Source: an uncultured Candidatus Binatia bacterium
GTDB taxonomy: Bacteria; Desulfobacterota; Binatia; UBA9968; CAXXLF01
Assembly (NCBI GenBank): GCA_965215595.1
Contig: CBDCDW010000005.1
Location: 940,323-1,004,322, forward strand
Length of the DNA stretch: 64,000 nt
Reading direction: 5' to 3'
Below the pieces are notes generated by a model. The model did no database searches, was not told where the DNA came from, and saw only the letters and a list, made by a program, of their open reading frames with translations. Below are positions 29,244 to 38,758 of this stretch, one piece after another. Each line of letters opens with the position of its first letter. Position 1 is the stretch's first letter. The position numbers and the translations under genes were made by a program.

Positions 29244-29417
29244 GCCACGCCCCATTGCATGGCTCAAATTCTTTCACCCCATCGCCAAGGATATTGGTAC
29301 AAGATCTGGTTATCGACAGTCAAGAAAACTTTCACTAAAAAAGAAGTCCTCTTGTGAAGCTTCTGGGGTGTGTAAAGTCTCCTGGGCGAAGCGTTATTCT
29401 AATATCTATCCATTGCA

Positions 29418-30521
29418 CTAACTTTCAGTCCACGTCTCGTCGCAATATTCAAAAGGATCAAATTCTAGGACGATGCCTTTGCGTTGTTCTTTAAGTCTGT
29501 CATAGATCAGGCCTCCAATGGCAGCCGCCCCCATTCCCCAAAAAGCACAGTTCTTAAAGTAAGTGATTTGAGCGTCACCGGTACGTCCCTGTTTATCGCC
29601 CCGAATAACCTGTCCAGCATCGACGATTTTGTTGGCCAAAACTGGGATCTCCAATGACATGTCCCAGAATACGGCCGTCTGGTCTAGTTCCTCTTGCCCC
29701 CAAACGTTTGTCATGAGCACATCGGCACGATCTAATGTTTTGTTGTCAATTTCCCGCCGCATCTGCTTGACGTAACCACGTTTGAGGAGACCCACATTGC
29801 TTGAGACGATGGAAGTTACATGTTGACCGGCAGTCAACCAGTTCCCGTCAAAGACAGGCACATTGGAATTCGTCGCGCATAGGATGACATCGGAACCCTG
29901 GACCACCTCACGCGGGCCGTCAACCGCTACAATTTCGATGCTGAGAATCTCAGACATCTCCTTGGCAAATTTCTCTCGATTGGCTGGAGTTGGGCTAAAA
30001 ACCCGGGCTGTTTTAATGGTAGGGCGAATACACGTTAGGGCCAATAGATGCTGTCTGGCTTGATCTCCCGCTCCGAAGACCCCTGCCACCTGGCAATCCT
30101 TTCTGGCGAGGAGATCGGTCCCGATCATAGAGGCGCAAGCCGTAGGCATTGCCACAACGCTATTGGCAGTGGGCAATTCCTTGGGGTGCATTTCTCCGAT
30201 AAGAATCAATTTCAGAGCCCCGTTGTCGGAGTTATAGAGGACCAAGACGGGGCGACCCCGGCGAGGGTAGCGCTGTTTATCGCCAAATATTCTGACCAAC
30301 TCTGCGTGGACCATAATACCCGTCATCCCGTATTCCGGTGTACCTCCTTGATGAAGCGTGATACGGACGTTCTTGGGCGTATGGGTTCTTCGCCGCAACT
30401 CGCCGAGGAGTGGATCCTTGGCCCAGTTGCGAAACGCCTCCGACATGGCCTTAACCGCCTCAGACATTTCCAAAATGCCGCGGTGGTCCGCCGGTTGTGC
30501 TAAGATAGCCTTCGTCTCCAT
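29418..30521 (-). CDS. Ornithine cyclodeaminase / mu-crystallin family protein
   Basis: 367 aa with a Rossmann GVFGAGDQARQH region typical of OCD/mu-crystallin. Confidence 0.65.
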   Translation of the reverse strand: METKAILAQPADHRGILEMSEAVKAMSEAFRNWAKDPLLGELRRRTHTPKNVRITLHQGGTPEYGMTGIMVHAELVRIFGDKQRYPRRGRPVLVLYNSDNGALKLILIGEMHPKELPTANSVVAMPTACASMIGTDLLARKDCQVAGVFGAGDQARQHLLALTCIRPTIKTARVFSPTPANREKFAKEMSEILSIEIVAVDGPREVVQGSDVILCATNSNVPVFDGNWLTAGQHVTSIVSSNVGLLKRGYVKQMRREIDNKTLDRADVLMTNVWGQEELDQTAVFWDMSLEIPVLANKIVDAGQVIRGDKQGRTGDAQITYFKNCAFWGMGAAAIGGLIYDRLKEQRKGIVLEFDPFEYCDETWTES

Positions 30522-30668
30522 TTGTTCCCCTCCCCTAGTTTGATTTCATGCCATACATACCCGTGGGTTAACCCCTCACTCCCCCGTCCGAGGAACCTTG
30601 TTGTCCCTCTGCCAGGTTTCCATCACACAATATGCTTCGACAAACGCACACAGTGTGTACCGCACCCG

Positions 30669-31286
30669 CTATCCGCGGGAGAGCAGTACTGACATTGGCT
30701 GGACAGGGGTAACGGTAACATCTTGCGGGACCGGATACCTCATCAGCCAAAGGCGGACGCTTTCCACCGAGTTGGCTTCAATCAAAGCATAGGAAAGATG
30801 ACTGGGCTCGGCCGAGACGAAGAACTGTACCTTCGCCCCCGTCTCCTTTGACCGCTGCTCGCGCCGCTCATGACGCTCTCGCAGCGCCTGTTTGATATCA
30901 GCATTTTTTGCTGGACAGTGCTGGTGATCATGATCCATGGTGAGGTGAAAAAGCGCCGCGCCACCCTGACCAGGCTCAGTGCGGTTTGGCGTGACAGCCT
31001 GGTCCTCGGTAATCAGGTGGGCCATCCACCTGACCCGCTTAATCGTAGCCGCATCTCCATTGGGAAAGCTTTTAGTCCAACTGCGCACAGTGGCTAGCTC
31101 GGGAGCCTCCATGAGAGCGTATTCAAAATGACTTGGCCAAGCACCAACGAAAGCACGGATCTGGTAGCCTAGCTCCCGTTGGCGCGCTTCGCGCTCTGCG
31201 AAATGTATCCGCGATGCCCGAGCCTTGTCAGGATTCCGTCCCGGGCAATCCACTGGGCTGTGCCGTAGCGTTACATGGAACAGCAA
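30669..31286 (-). CDS. Hypothetical protein made of two tandem domains of about 95 aa, each starting MLFH(V/L)T; possibly muconolactone-isomerase-like (dimeric alpha/beta-barrel fold)
   Basis: Internal repeat: LFHVTLRHSPVDCPGRNPDKA...PSHFEYALMEAPELATVRSW aligns with LFHLTMDHDHQHCPAKNADIK...PSHLSYALIEANSVESVRLW. Confidence 0.5.
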   Translation of the reverse strand: MLFHVTLRHSPVDCPGRNPDKARASRIHFAEREARQRELGYQIRAFVGAWPSHFEYALMEAPELATVRSWTKSFPNGDAATIKRVRWMAHLITEDQAVTPNRTEPGQGGAALFHLTMDHDHQHCPAKNADIKQALRERHERREQRSKETGAKVQFFVSAEPSHLSYALIEANSVESVRLWLMRYPVPQDVTVTPVQPMSVLLSRG

Positions 31287-31392
31287 CTGGATCTTCTCCC
31301 TTTCTCCGAGCCGGGTGCCGACGATTCATAGTTCCTTCCGGGGACCTCCGCGAGCATTGCTATGAATTGAAAAACCGGGCGAACGTCTCGTA

Positions 31393-32160
31393 TCAGACGC
31401 GTTCGGTGGGTGCCAGCATCTCACCCCACTCTTTAGGGATCGCACCACTCTCTAACCCACGGCTCAAGTAGTACCGCCATAGCTTGACGGCATGTTTCTG
31501 ACGTTTGAAGTTAGCAGCAAACTCAGTAATTTCTTCTGAGGTCAGGGGCTTCAGCGTACCCAGCCGTGCCGCGTCATACATCGCCTTGGCATTCTCTTCG
31601 AAATGTACCGTGTCTACCATTAACGCCGGGATGCTTTCCGAGACTATAACGGCACCATGGGCGCGCAGCATGACAGCATTATGTTTTCCCAACGTTTCCG
31701 CCATGGCGCGGCCACGTTTCATTGTATCCACATGCCAAGATTCTGGATGGGTCGGGATGCCGCTGCCCCAACGATACGCATGATTTTTCATGGGCACCAG
31801 TTTGACACCTTCAACCATCGTGAACAGCGTCGCAGTATTGGGGTGATAGTGCAGGACCGCATTGATATCGTCCCGGGCACGAAACACTTCGGAATGAATC
31901 TCCAACTCATTGACAGGTCGGGCGTCAGACGGGCCGTCGAGTATGTTACCGTCGAGATCCACAACGAATAGCTCGTCCGGTGTGAGATCGGTTCGGCTGG
32001 CGTCAAAAGATTGAATCAGTAGCGTGTTACGGTCTGGAAGCCGAACGCTGACGTGACCGCTATATTCGAGGATCCCCTCATGATTGAGGAGCCGCGTACA
32101 CGCCGCTACTTCGATCTTAAATCGTTCCAATGACGAGTTCGAATGGATGTTTGACATCAT
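31393..32160 (-). CDS. Class II aldolase/adducin-family protein (L-fuculose-phosphate aldolase-like)
   Basis: 255 aa with Zn ligand pattern E..H...H (..EIHSEVF.., ..HYHPN.., ..HG). Confidence 0.7.
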   Translation of the reverse strand: MMSNIHSNSSLERFKIEVAACTRLLNHEGILEYSGHVSVRLPDRNTLLIQSFDASRTDLTPDELFVVDLDGNILDGPSDARPVNELEIHSEVFRARDDINAVLHYHPNTATLFTMVEGVKLVPMKNHAYRWGSGIPTHPESWHVDTMKRGRAMAETLGKHNAVMLRAHGAVIVSESIPALMVDTVHFEENAKAMYDAARLGTLKPLTSEEITEFAANFKRQKHAVKLWRYYLSRGLESGAIPKEWGEMLAPTERV

Positions 32161-32402
32161 TGCCTCCTCTTAAGTTTCGGAATTGCGTGGATTTTTCGCC
32201 CCAACCCTAGAAACCAAGTATCCCCAAAGATAAACTGCCAATTCTAGTAGTAAAGTCTTGCAGGCATGTCAATGGGCTAGAGAGCAGTGTTTGGCAGGCT
32301 CCACAAAATAACATGTCGTCTATAGAACGCGATAATCCTATGATTTAATTGCAAATTGAAAAGTTTCTTGACACGGATTACTTCCAGCGATAAAGAAACG
32401 TC

Positions 32403-32591
32403 ATGCTCCGCGACCACGAAACTTCTCAGTTGTTCCGTGAAGTAACAAACAGGAGGGTACAGCGCATCTCCGACGAGATTGACGCGATTCAGAAATCCAT
32501 CGATAACGTAGAGAGAGAAGCATCCTACATTGAAAAGCGTATCCGGTGGACCAGGAAAATTGTGGCCTGGCGATTTGGACGTCGAATATAA
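32403..32591 (+). CDS. Hypothetical small protein (62 aa)
   Basis: ORF track only. Confidence 0.25.
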   Translation: MLRDHETSQLFREVTNRRVQRISDEIDAIQKSIDNVEREASYIEKRIRWTRKIVAWRFGRRI

Positions 32592-32780
32592 ATGTCAGGA
32601 AACGACTGGCCACGCTCCGGCAGACATATAATCCACCAGAAAAATTTCTCTACCCTTCCTCATTTTCTGCAATGTGAAATGTCACGTCTAATCAGGCTTG
32701 GAGCCGCTCTGGGCTTGGGTTTGCTCAGTGTCAGACCGCCAGGACGCAACTCATGAGCTAGTTAAATGCTTCCTACGTGC

Positions 32781-32818
32781 CCCAAAACAAAAAAGAGGCG
32801 GCCCAATGTGGACCGCCG
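32781..32818 (-). terminator. Rho-independent terminator of the 32972..34549 gene (stem GGCGG/CCGCC followed by a U-run on the minus strand)
   Basis: rc reads GGCGGtccacattgggCCGCC then tcttttttgttttggg. Confidence 0.55.
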
Positions 32819-32971
32819 CTGCTTACTAGAAGTAAAAGGTTGACACCTTTTCCGAGTCGCGAGGGGCGGTATAACACCTATGGTAGGCCCCCACAAGAGT
32901 ATTGCTTGCGATCTTTGCCTCGCCAATCCGCCTCAACGTGGTAAAAAACCGACTCCGCCGTGGGCTGCGGT

Positions 32972-34549
32972 CTACTCTCCGACACTCTTCATCAGCTCTT
33001 TCAGGCGCTGGACGCCGCCCGTGCCGCTGAGGATGATCGCTTTGTGATTCTTCCCGTTCGGGTCCTCCTCGGCATAGAGCACGAACTGGAAGGCCTCGGG
33101 ATGCTTGTTCAGATAGTAGAGCACGATGTCGTCCGCGCTCACGGTCTCATGACCGGCGCGCACGGTGAGGTCGAATGCGATCCCACCCTTGCCCTGTATC
33201 CCGCGGTAGATGAGCTCCGTGCAGACCTGCCTGGTCGAGTCCGCGAAGTCGAAACGGAAGTCGTACTCCTCGCCCAGGTACGAAAACACCTCGATCAGGA
33301 AGTCCGTCCTCTCAGCCGCCGTCAGCTGCGGGCGCAGCACCAGCAGGCGGTTGATATGCGTGTCCATGATGTGTGCCAGGTTGTTGAAGATCACGCCTTC
33401 GGCGACAGCCTCGATTATGTCAGCTCGTTTTCCGTTATCGAGGCTCGCCTGAACGACGTGGGCCGCAAGTTGATGTCGCACGTCGGGTACCACGGCCGGA
33501 AGTACCTTTGGGTTCAGGCCCGCTTGCTCGTGCTGTTCCGGCGAACCCACGTATGTGATCCCGTGCTTGAACGCGCCCGGAATGAAGACGTCGCTTATGT
33601 ATCCGGCGGTATAGGTCAGAATCAGGTCACCGGGACGAAATCGCTCGTAGACCCGGGCCTTTTGCTGGTCGGAGAATCGAACCAGCTTGGCCGTCGGGTT
33701 CTTCAGCCGACTGACGTCCTTAAAAAGTATCGAACGTACCGCATAGAGCTCGTTTCCAAAAAACTCATCGGTCTTGCGGATGGCTTCAGGGTCGCTCGCG
33801 CCCTTCGAGTCGAGTGCCGCACGCGTACGCGTTTCCGCGGCGATCTGGAGGGTCTTGTTGAGCTCAACGAGCTCGCGGTACGAAGCGTCGGAAGCCGCTA
33901 GCCGCGCGAGCTTCGAATTGGGGTTGGCCAATTCCGTCGCCGCAATGGCTCCCGCCCGCTTCAGGCGTGACAGGCGCTTCGCGGTGATGCCCCGTGCCAG
34001 CTCGTAGTAGCTATCACGCGGGATTTCTGAGCGGTAGAACGCCTCGTTCATCTCGGCGATGGCAACTGGATCGTCCGCGAACTCCGCCACGAGGAACGCA
34101 GAGTGGTTCGCCAGCAGCAGACTCGCTTGCCGGGAGACGACGTGCGCCTTCGTATCGAGCGCAGGATCGTCGAAGGAAGTCTGCATGTTCTGATAGGCCG
34201 CACTGATGTCCCAGAGCGCGGAGTGGGAGGCGAGGAAGCGGAAGAGCAGGTGTTCCATCCGGTCATTCTCGGCAACAGAGAAGTAGCCGCGCTTCACCCA
34301 GTCGCCCTGCTTCCGCAGCGCCACGAAATCGTCGTCCAGTACCTCGAGATGCGGTCGCACGGCGCTCAGCGTGCGCACATCGCCGTCCAGCTCGGTTCGC
34401 AAAGCGCTGGGTGTCTCGTAGACCCTCTTCGGTAGCGTGGAGGTGCAACTGAAGATGCACAGGAGCACGAGCCAACTCCAAAATCCCGACCGCAGCAGAG
34501 ATCCAAACGAAACGCGTTTTGTTTGTTTCATGAGAGGAATCTTTGCCAT
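32972..34549 (-). CDS. Lipoprotein/exported protein with a C-terminal YiiX-like permuted papain-fold (NlpC/P60 superfamily) domain
   Basis: High-GC gene (about 60%+). The C-terminal region has KHGITYVG (His) followed by YDFRFDFADSTRQVCTELIY (Cys), the permuted order characteristic of YiiX/DUF830. Start taken at MAKIPL; the longer track ORF overlaps the tRNA. Confidence 0.5.
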   Translation of the reverse strand: MAKIPLMKQTKRVSFGSLLRSGFWSWLVLLCIFSCTSTLPKRVYETPSALRTELDGDVRTLSAVRPHLEVLDDDFVALRKQGDWVKRGYFSVAENDRMEHLLFRFLASHSALWDISAAYQNMQTSFDDPALDTKAHVVSRQASLLLANHSAFLVAEFADDPVAIAEMNEAFYRSEIPRDSYYELARGITAKRLSRLKRAGAIAATELANPNSKLARLAASDASYRELVELNKTLQIAAETRTRAALDSKGASDPEAIRKTDEFFGNELYAVRSILFKDVSRLKNPTAKLVRFSDQQKARVYERFRPGDLILTYTAGYISDVFIPGAFKHGITYVGSPEQHEQAGLNPKVLPAVVPDVRHQLAAHVVQASLDNGKRADIIEAVAEGVIFNNLAHIMDTHINRLLVLRPQLTAAERTDFLIEVFSYLGEEYDFRFDFADSTRQVCTELIYRGIQGKGGIAFDLTVRAGHETVSADDIVLYYLNKHPEAFQFVLYAEEDPNGKNHKAIILSGTGGVQRLKELMKSVGE

Positions 34550-34623
34550 GCCGCCGATGGGTTCAGTCGATGGAGTCAGGATTGAGTATTGACTTAATTC
34601 AAGGCTCAATCTGTTTCTAAAAA

Positions 34624-34699
34624 CTGGAGCCACCCGCCTGAGTCGAACCGGCGACCTACAGATTACGAATCAGTTGCTCTATCAACTGAGGTAGGGTGG
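34624..34699 (-). tRNA. tRNA-Thr(CGU)-like gene with non-canonical features (possibly a pseudo-tRNA)
   Basis: rc gives GCCACCC-UA-CCUC-AGUUGAUA-GAGC-A-ACUGA-UUCGUAA-UCUGU-AGGUC-GCCGG-UUCGACU-CAGGC-GGGUGGC-U-CCA. The acceptor stem is perfect and the anticodon loop has CGU. Against that, there is a C10:C25 mismatch, A19, a U29:U41 mismatch and a G52:A62 mismatch. Confidence 0.5.
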
Positions 34700-35094
34700 C
34701 TCAAGGAAAATCAATAGGTTAGCAAGGCATGTAGCGTTAATGTAGCTAAAACTGTAGCTAATTGCTAGCAAATCCCGTGCCCAATCCATCAGCCTGCCGG
34801 CATCCGCACAAGCAGTAAACACCGAGTCATGTTTCACCAGATCCGATGATTCTTTCCCTTCACCCTGTCCATTTTGGCGATGTCACTGCTCGTGAAACAG
34901 CTGGGAAGCTAACCCCGATCCGACAGGAATGATGACGCGATAGACGATCCTGGGCGAGACGTTTCAACGCTCGTCGATCATTTGGCCACAGGTCCGTAAT
35001 TACACTAAGGCGAGTCACTGATTTGCGGAAAAATTTTTGCGGCGGGCGACCGGGATCGAACCAGCGAGGTCCGATTTAGAGATCTTCCTCTCTC

Positions 35095-35532
35095 CTAAGG
35101 AGCCGGCTGAAAACGCATGGTTCCACTGTCGGCCGGAAGTTCCAAATAGAGATTGCCGTCTTGAATAAAAAACGAGACGACCCGATGCAGATCCCTCATG
35201 TAAGAACCATCAAGGGAGTCCGGTGAGCAGGCCATACGCGTGGACAATAACGGACCAAAGGAAAGTTTGCCCGGGGATATCTCATAGGCACCCCCCCCAC
35301 GGTTGCAGTCGAACCGGGCCTGAAGCTGACCGTCCCTCGTCAATAGCATCGTATAACGCTCTGGATTCGGCACCGTGATACTTTCCACCGGTGTGATCGT
35401 TTCTTGCCACCGCCAAGTCTTGCCAACAACAGCCTGGGGATCCGTGCTGCGATGGGCTGGGCTGGTGCGCGGTTTGACCGCGCAGCCAACGAGCCCTACG
35501 CAAAGGAGTGCAAGGAGAAGTATTCGAAGCAT
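35095..35532 (-). CDS. META-domain (HslJ-like) lipoprotein
   Basis: Lipobox LVGC; NRGGGAY...GKLSFGPLLSTRMAC META motif. High GC. Confidence 0.6.
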   Translation of the reverse strand: MLRILLLALLCVGLVGCAVKPRTSPAHRSTDPQAVVGKTWRWQETITPVESITVPNPERYTMLLTRDGQLQARFDCNRGGGAYEISPGKLSFGPLLSTRMACSPDSLDGSYMRDLHRVVSFFIQDGNLYLELPADSGTMRFQPAP

Positions 35533-35703
35533 TGTTTTTCCCTCTCGAACTGAGTTGCGGTTAGGGAGAATCGGCCCGCGCCGGGGCAATTTTCATTACG
35601 AGGGGACGATGGGCGTGCGACGCCGACGCAGGTGGTCAGGCTCCCGAAGTCTCATCAGGGCGATGGTACGCGCTATACAGTTCCACGCGCTGCCAGCACG
35701 ATA

Positions 35704-36342
35704 TCAAGTGCATGAACTGCGACAGCAACGGCAACCCCACAACACGCCGGGACCCGGCTGGACCGACATTAGCGGCTGGAGCTGTACGAGGGCGACAGTG
35801 AACGTATCCACAAACACATCGAGCATCGACCAGCGGCCGATGAACTCCACCATCCGATACAGCCGCATACGCTCCTGGTTGTTGTTGCCCGAGCGGCGCT
35901 GCACCGTGATCAACAGATAACTGAGCGCCACCAGCTTCCCGAGCGGCACCATCACGCTGGCGACGAGCACGATCAACGCGAGCGGCCACGAGCCAGTATT
36001 GTAGAGCAGCATCACCCCGCCCATGATGGTGTCGGATTCGGTAGAGCCAAGGGTAGTCGTGCTGAGCACCGGCAAGACGTTTGCGGGGAGGTAACAGACC
36101 GCGGCGGCGATGACAAGCGCCCAAGTGCGCTGGATGGAATTATGGCGGCGCCACACCAGCTCCTCGCCGCAACGCGGGCAGTAACCCGGCTCGCTAACAC
36201 TGGCGGGGCTGGCCAGCAAGCTGCAGTTCTCGCAGGAAACGAGTCCCGCCTCTGCAGCAGTGAAAGAGCCGGCGATCATTACGTCGCCCTCGCGCCAGGC
36301 GGTCTGGAGGTCATCTGTGGCGGGAATACGCCATTGGCCCAT
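35704..36342 (-). CDS. Paraquat-inducible protein A (PqiA) family membrane protein, second copy
   Basis: N-terminal Zn-ribbon CENC...CPRC followed by TM helices. High GC. Confidence 0.65.
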   Translation of the reverse strand: MGQWRIPATDDLQTAWREGDVMIAGSFTAAEAGLVSCENCSLLASPASVSEPGYCPRCGEELVWRRHNSIQRTWALVIAAAVCYLPANVLPVLSTTTLGSTESDTIMGGVMLLYNTGSWPLALIVLVASVMVPLGKLVALSYLLITVQRRSGNNNQERMRLYRMVEFIGRWSMLDVFVDTFTVALVQLQPLMSVQPGPGVLWGCRCCRSSCT

Positions 36343-36929
36343 TCAACTCGCTGCCAGATCTCGGCCGGATCAAAAGAGACCATGATCGCTGGAAAGAGCA
36401 GAACAAGCGCCCCCACAGCATACATGCCCACACCCACCTCCACTGAGGCCAGTTCCACGATTTTGATGAGTGCAACCAGGATGCCGAGCAGCATCACTTC
36501 ATTCATCGACCACGGGCGCATGGAGTCGGCCCAGCGCAACATCTCACCCACCCAACGGGGCGCCGGCGGCCGCCGCGCCGCTAGCAGGACGGTCAGCATA
36601 AAAACAATGTAGCCTGCCGGAGCGATCAACGCGCAGAACACGACGACCAGGGCTGTGATTTCCTGGCACTGCACCCACATCTGATGCGCGCCGACGACGA
36701 TGGTCGTGCTTGCCTGGCGCCCCACGGCCGACATCCCCATCAGCGGCGCGGTGTTGGCAACGATTAGGGCGATCAGCGCGGTGATGGTGAGCGCGAGCGG
36801 GCGATGGAGCGGGTCGATGTTCCGCGACGCAACCATGCGGCTGCAGCGCGGGCAGCGCGCCTTGCCCCCCGGCGGGAGCTCTGGCAGTTGCTGTAGCAAA
36901 TCGCAATCGGGACAAGCAATGGTCTCCAT
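36279..36929 (-). CDS. Paraquat-inducible protein A (PqiA) family membrane protein, first copy
   Basis: N-terminal CPDC...CPRC Zn-ribbon and TM helices. Overlaps the next pqiA-like ORF by 64 nt in another frame; a single frameshifted two-repeat pqiA cannot be excluded. Confidence 0.6.
   Translation of the reverse strand: METIACPDCDLLQQLPELPPGGKARCPRCSRMVASRNIDPLHRPLALTITALIALIVANTAPLMGMSAVGRQASTTIVVGAHQMWVQCQEITALVVVFCALIAPAGYIVFMLTVLLAARRPPAPRWVGEMLRWADSMRPWSMNEVMLLGILVALIKIVELASVEVGVGMYAVGALVLLFPAIMVSFDPAEIWQRVEWANGVFPPQMTSRPPGARAT
36841..36929 (+). repeat. Direct repeat pair derived from the pqiA 5' end (36841-36929 and 38777-38871, 38 bp core nearly perfect) bracketing the zntB-like segment
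   Basis: ctgcagcgcgggcagcgcgccttgccccccggcgggag matches ccgcagcgcgggcagcgcgccttaccccccggcgggag. Confidence 0.7.
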
Positions 36930-37825
36930 GGATGGTTAAGGATTTATTGGACAATGGATTCTAAGCATGGGGCCCACAGAGCGTACAGCCCTTTGTTGGC
37001 TTGCAGCGCCCGTTTAACTGCCAAAGTTCGGTAACTCTGATCCAAGACAATGGCAGGGCTCACCACATAGTCTGCTAGCACAAGGTGAAAATAATGTCTA
37101 TTGGACCTCAGTCCAATTCGGAGGGAGTCATTCTCTCACACTTGTCACATCGTCGTGTACGTCAAAGACGAGGGGAAAGGATTTCGATTCTGACATCTGA
37201 ACCCCGAAACCTGATATCTCCAAACTGCCAGCGTCAGCGTCAACTCGGGGACAACCGGGCACAAGGGCAGTGATCTTCCACCGAAATAGTAGACACGTAA
37301 CTAAGCAGCCAACATTTCATAATTCACATTATCCCGTTGACAATGGCTTCTGGGCAGTCTTTATCGCGAATTAAAACCGCTCTGCCCCCGTCAAGACGGC
37401 ATTTTCTTCCTTATACCCGGCTTACCTCGCGCTCCAATTTCCAAATCCTAGATTGGTTTTGACCAAGTTCGTGGTGGTCTCACCATTTTGAGCTTGACCC
37501 ATTAGTCGCCCCCGTCGCATTTCCTACTTCTACCGAGATAGCATAAATGGATAAGTATTTAGTGTCTGTGCGACCTCATAGGTCCTAATATAGGATGGTT
37601 GGCTAAAACTACTACATGAGATATGGATCATTGCGGTCCGCAAAGAAAATGTGGTTGAATGGTTTGTGGGAAAAAGAGTCGTTCAATAGATAACAAATTT
37701 ATTTCTAATTTTTCAGCCGGAGGTTGTCCGGATTAGCGTTAACATCGTGTTTGCGGTCAGACCTCCGCCCATGATCCGGAGATGAGTGCCAGAAAGGTAG
37801 CAGTTCGTTATCGGCGAGGTGGCTA

Positions 37826-38758
37826 ATGTATGAATTACTAAATCTTAGTGCGGGGAAAGGTGCAGACGGAATTGGGGATGTTACGTGGGTGGACATCGAC
37901 ATTTCCGATGAAGCGGGAACCAACTGGCTGTCGACCGAGAGCGGAATCAGCGACGACGTGAAATCCCAGCTTTTACATCCCGGGAAATTTACCAGACGTG
38001 AGAGCCTGGAGCAGGGCTTGCTTGTGAACATTTGTAGTATCAACCCCGCCAGTGAAGCGGTAGGCGACGATGTGATGACCTGCGGGTTGTTCCTGGAGCA
38101 GAACCGTGTCATCACCGTGCGGTCCACAAAGATCGCGGCCCTCGAAGAAGTCCGCAGCCATGTGAAAGCAGGCACGGGACCAAGGACCCCACTGGAGTTT
38201 CTGGGTTTCGCATTAGTCTGCGTAAAAAAGCGTCTAGAGCCGCTGATTACCCGGATCTCGGAGGAAACCGCCGAACTGGAGGACAGTGTGCTTGGGGAAA
38301 ACACCGACTCGGGCAGTGAGGTCTTGAACACGTTGCGTCGCGAGGTATTTCGCGTACGCCGCTATCTTTCTCCGTTTCAAATCCTCCTCAGGTTGATCGT
38401 TTCTGACCCGACGATCGATACGAGTGATGAAGAACGCCGCGCGCTTGACGGAGCGGCGGAACTGCTGACCCGTTACCTGAATGCCCTGGAAGATTGTCGT
38501 GAGCGGACACTGTTGCTGCATGATCTCATCGAAGCTCGCGTGTCACAGACCATGGCACGAGCAACCTTCAATCTAACCATTGTCGCCACGGTGTTTCTGC
38601 CACTGACCTTTATCACAGGACTCCTGGGAATGAATGTGGCGGGGATCCCGGAATCGCATACCCCGTGGGGTTTCTGGATCGTCGTAGGTATCCTTCTTGT
38701 ACTCGCCATTGGCTCATGTGCTTTTTTATTCTGGAAGAAGAGGCTCATTCAGTCTTGA
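37826..38758 (+). CDS. CorA/ZntB-family divalent metal ion transporter
   Basis: C-terminal two TM helices with the GMN signature (FITGLLGMNVAGIP). Confidence 0.8.
   Translation: MYELLNLSAGKGADGIGDVTWVDIDISDEAGTNWLSTESGISDDVKSQLLHPGKFTRRESLEQGLLVNICSINPASEAVGDDVMTCGLFLEQNRVITVRSTKIAALEEVRSHVKAGTGPRTPLEFLGFALVCVKKRLEPLITRISEETAELEDSVLGENTDSGSEVLNTLRREVFRVRRYLSPFQILLRLIVSDPTIDTSDEERRALDGAAELLTRYLNALEDCRERTLLLHDLIEARVSQTMARATFNLTIVATVFLPLTFITGLLGMNVAGIPESHTPWGFWIVVGILLVLAIGSCAFLFWKKRLIQS

Noticed and set aside
32960-33901. 313 aa plus-strand ORF (and other long ORFs 33210..34435) inside the high-GC island
   Set aside because: High GC suppresses stop codons. These are antisense to or overlapping the strongly supported YiiX-domain gene and have Arg/Ala-rich nonsense composition.
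35038-35080. tRNA 3'-half-like fragment (rc ...GCUGGUUCGAUCCCGGUCGCCCGCC) 340 bp from the tRNA-Thr-like gene, considered as an att-site direct repeat
   Set aside because: It lacks CCA and any matching 5' half. It does not match the 3' end of the adjacent tRNA-Thr-like gene, and it lies on the wrong side for a tRNA-integrated island. Probably a chance T-arm-like hairpin.
35704-36929. A single frameshifted two-repeat pqiA gene
   Set aside because: Each ORF begins with its own Met and Zn-ribbon, and paired half-size pqiA genes are a common arrangement. It cannot be fully excluded (64 nt overlap), so this is noted in the evidence only.
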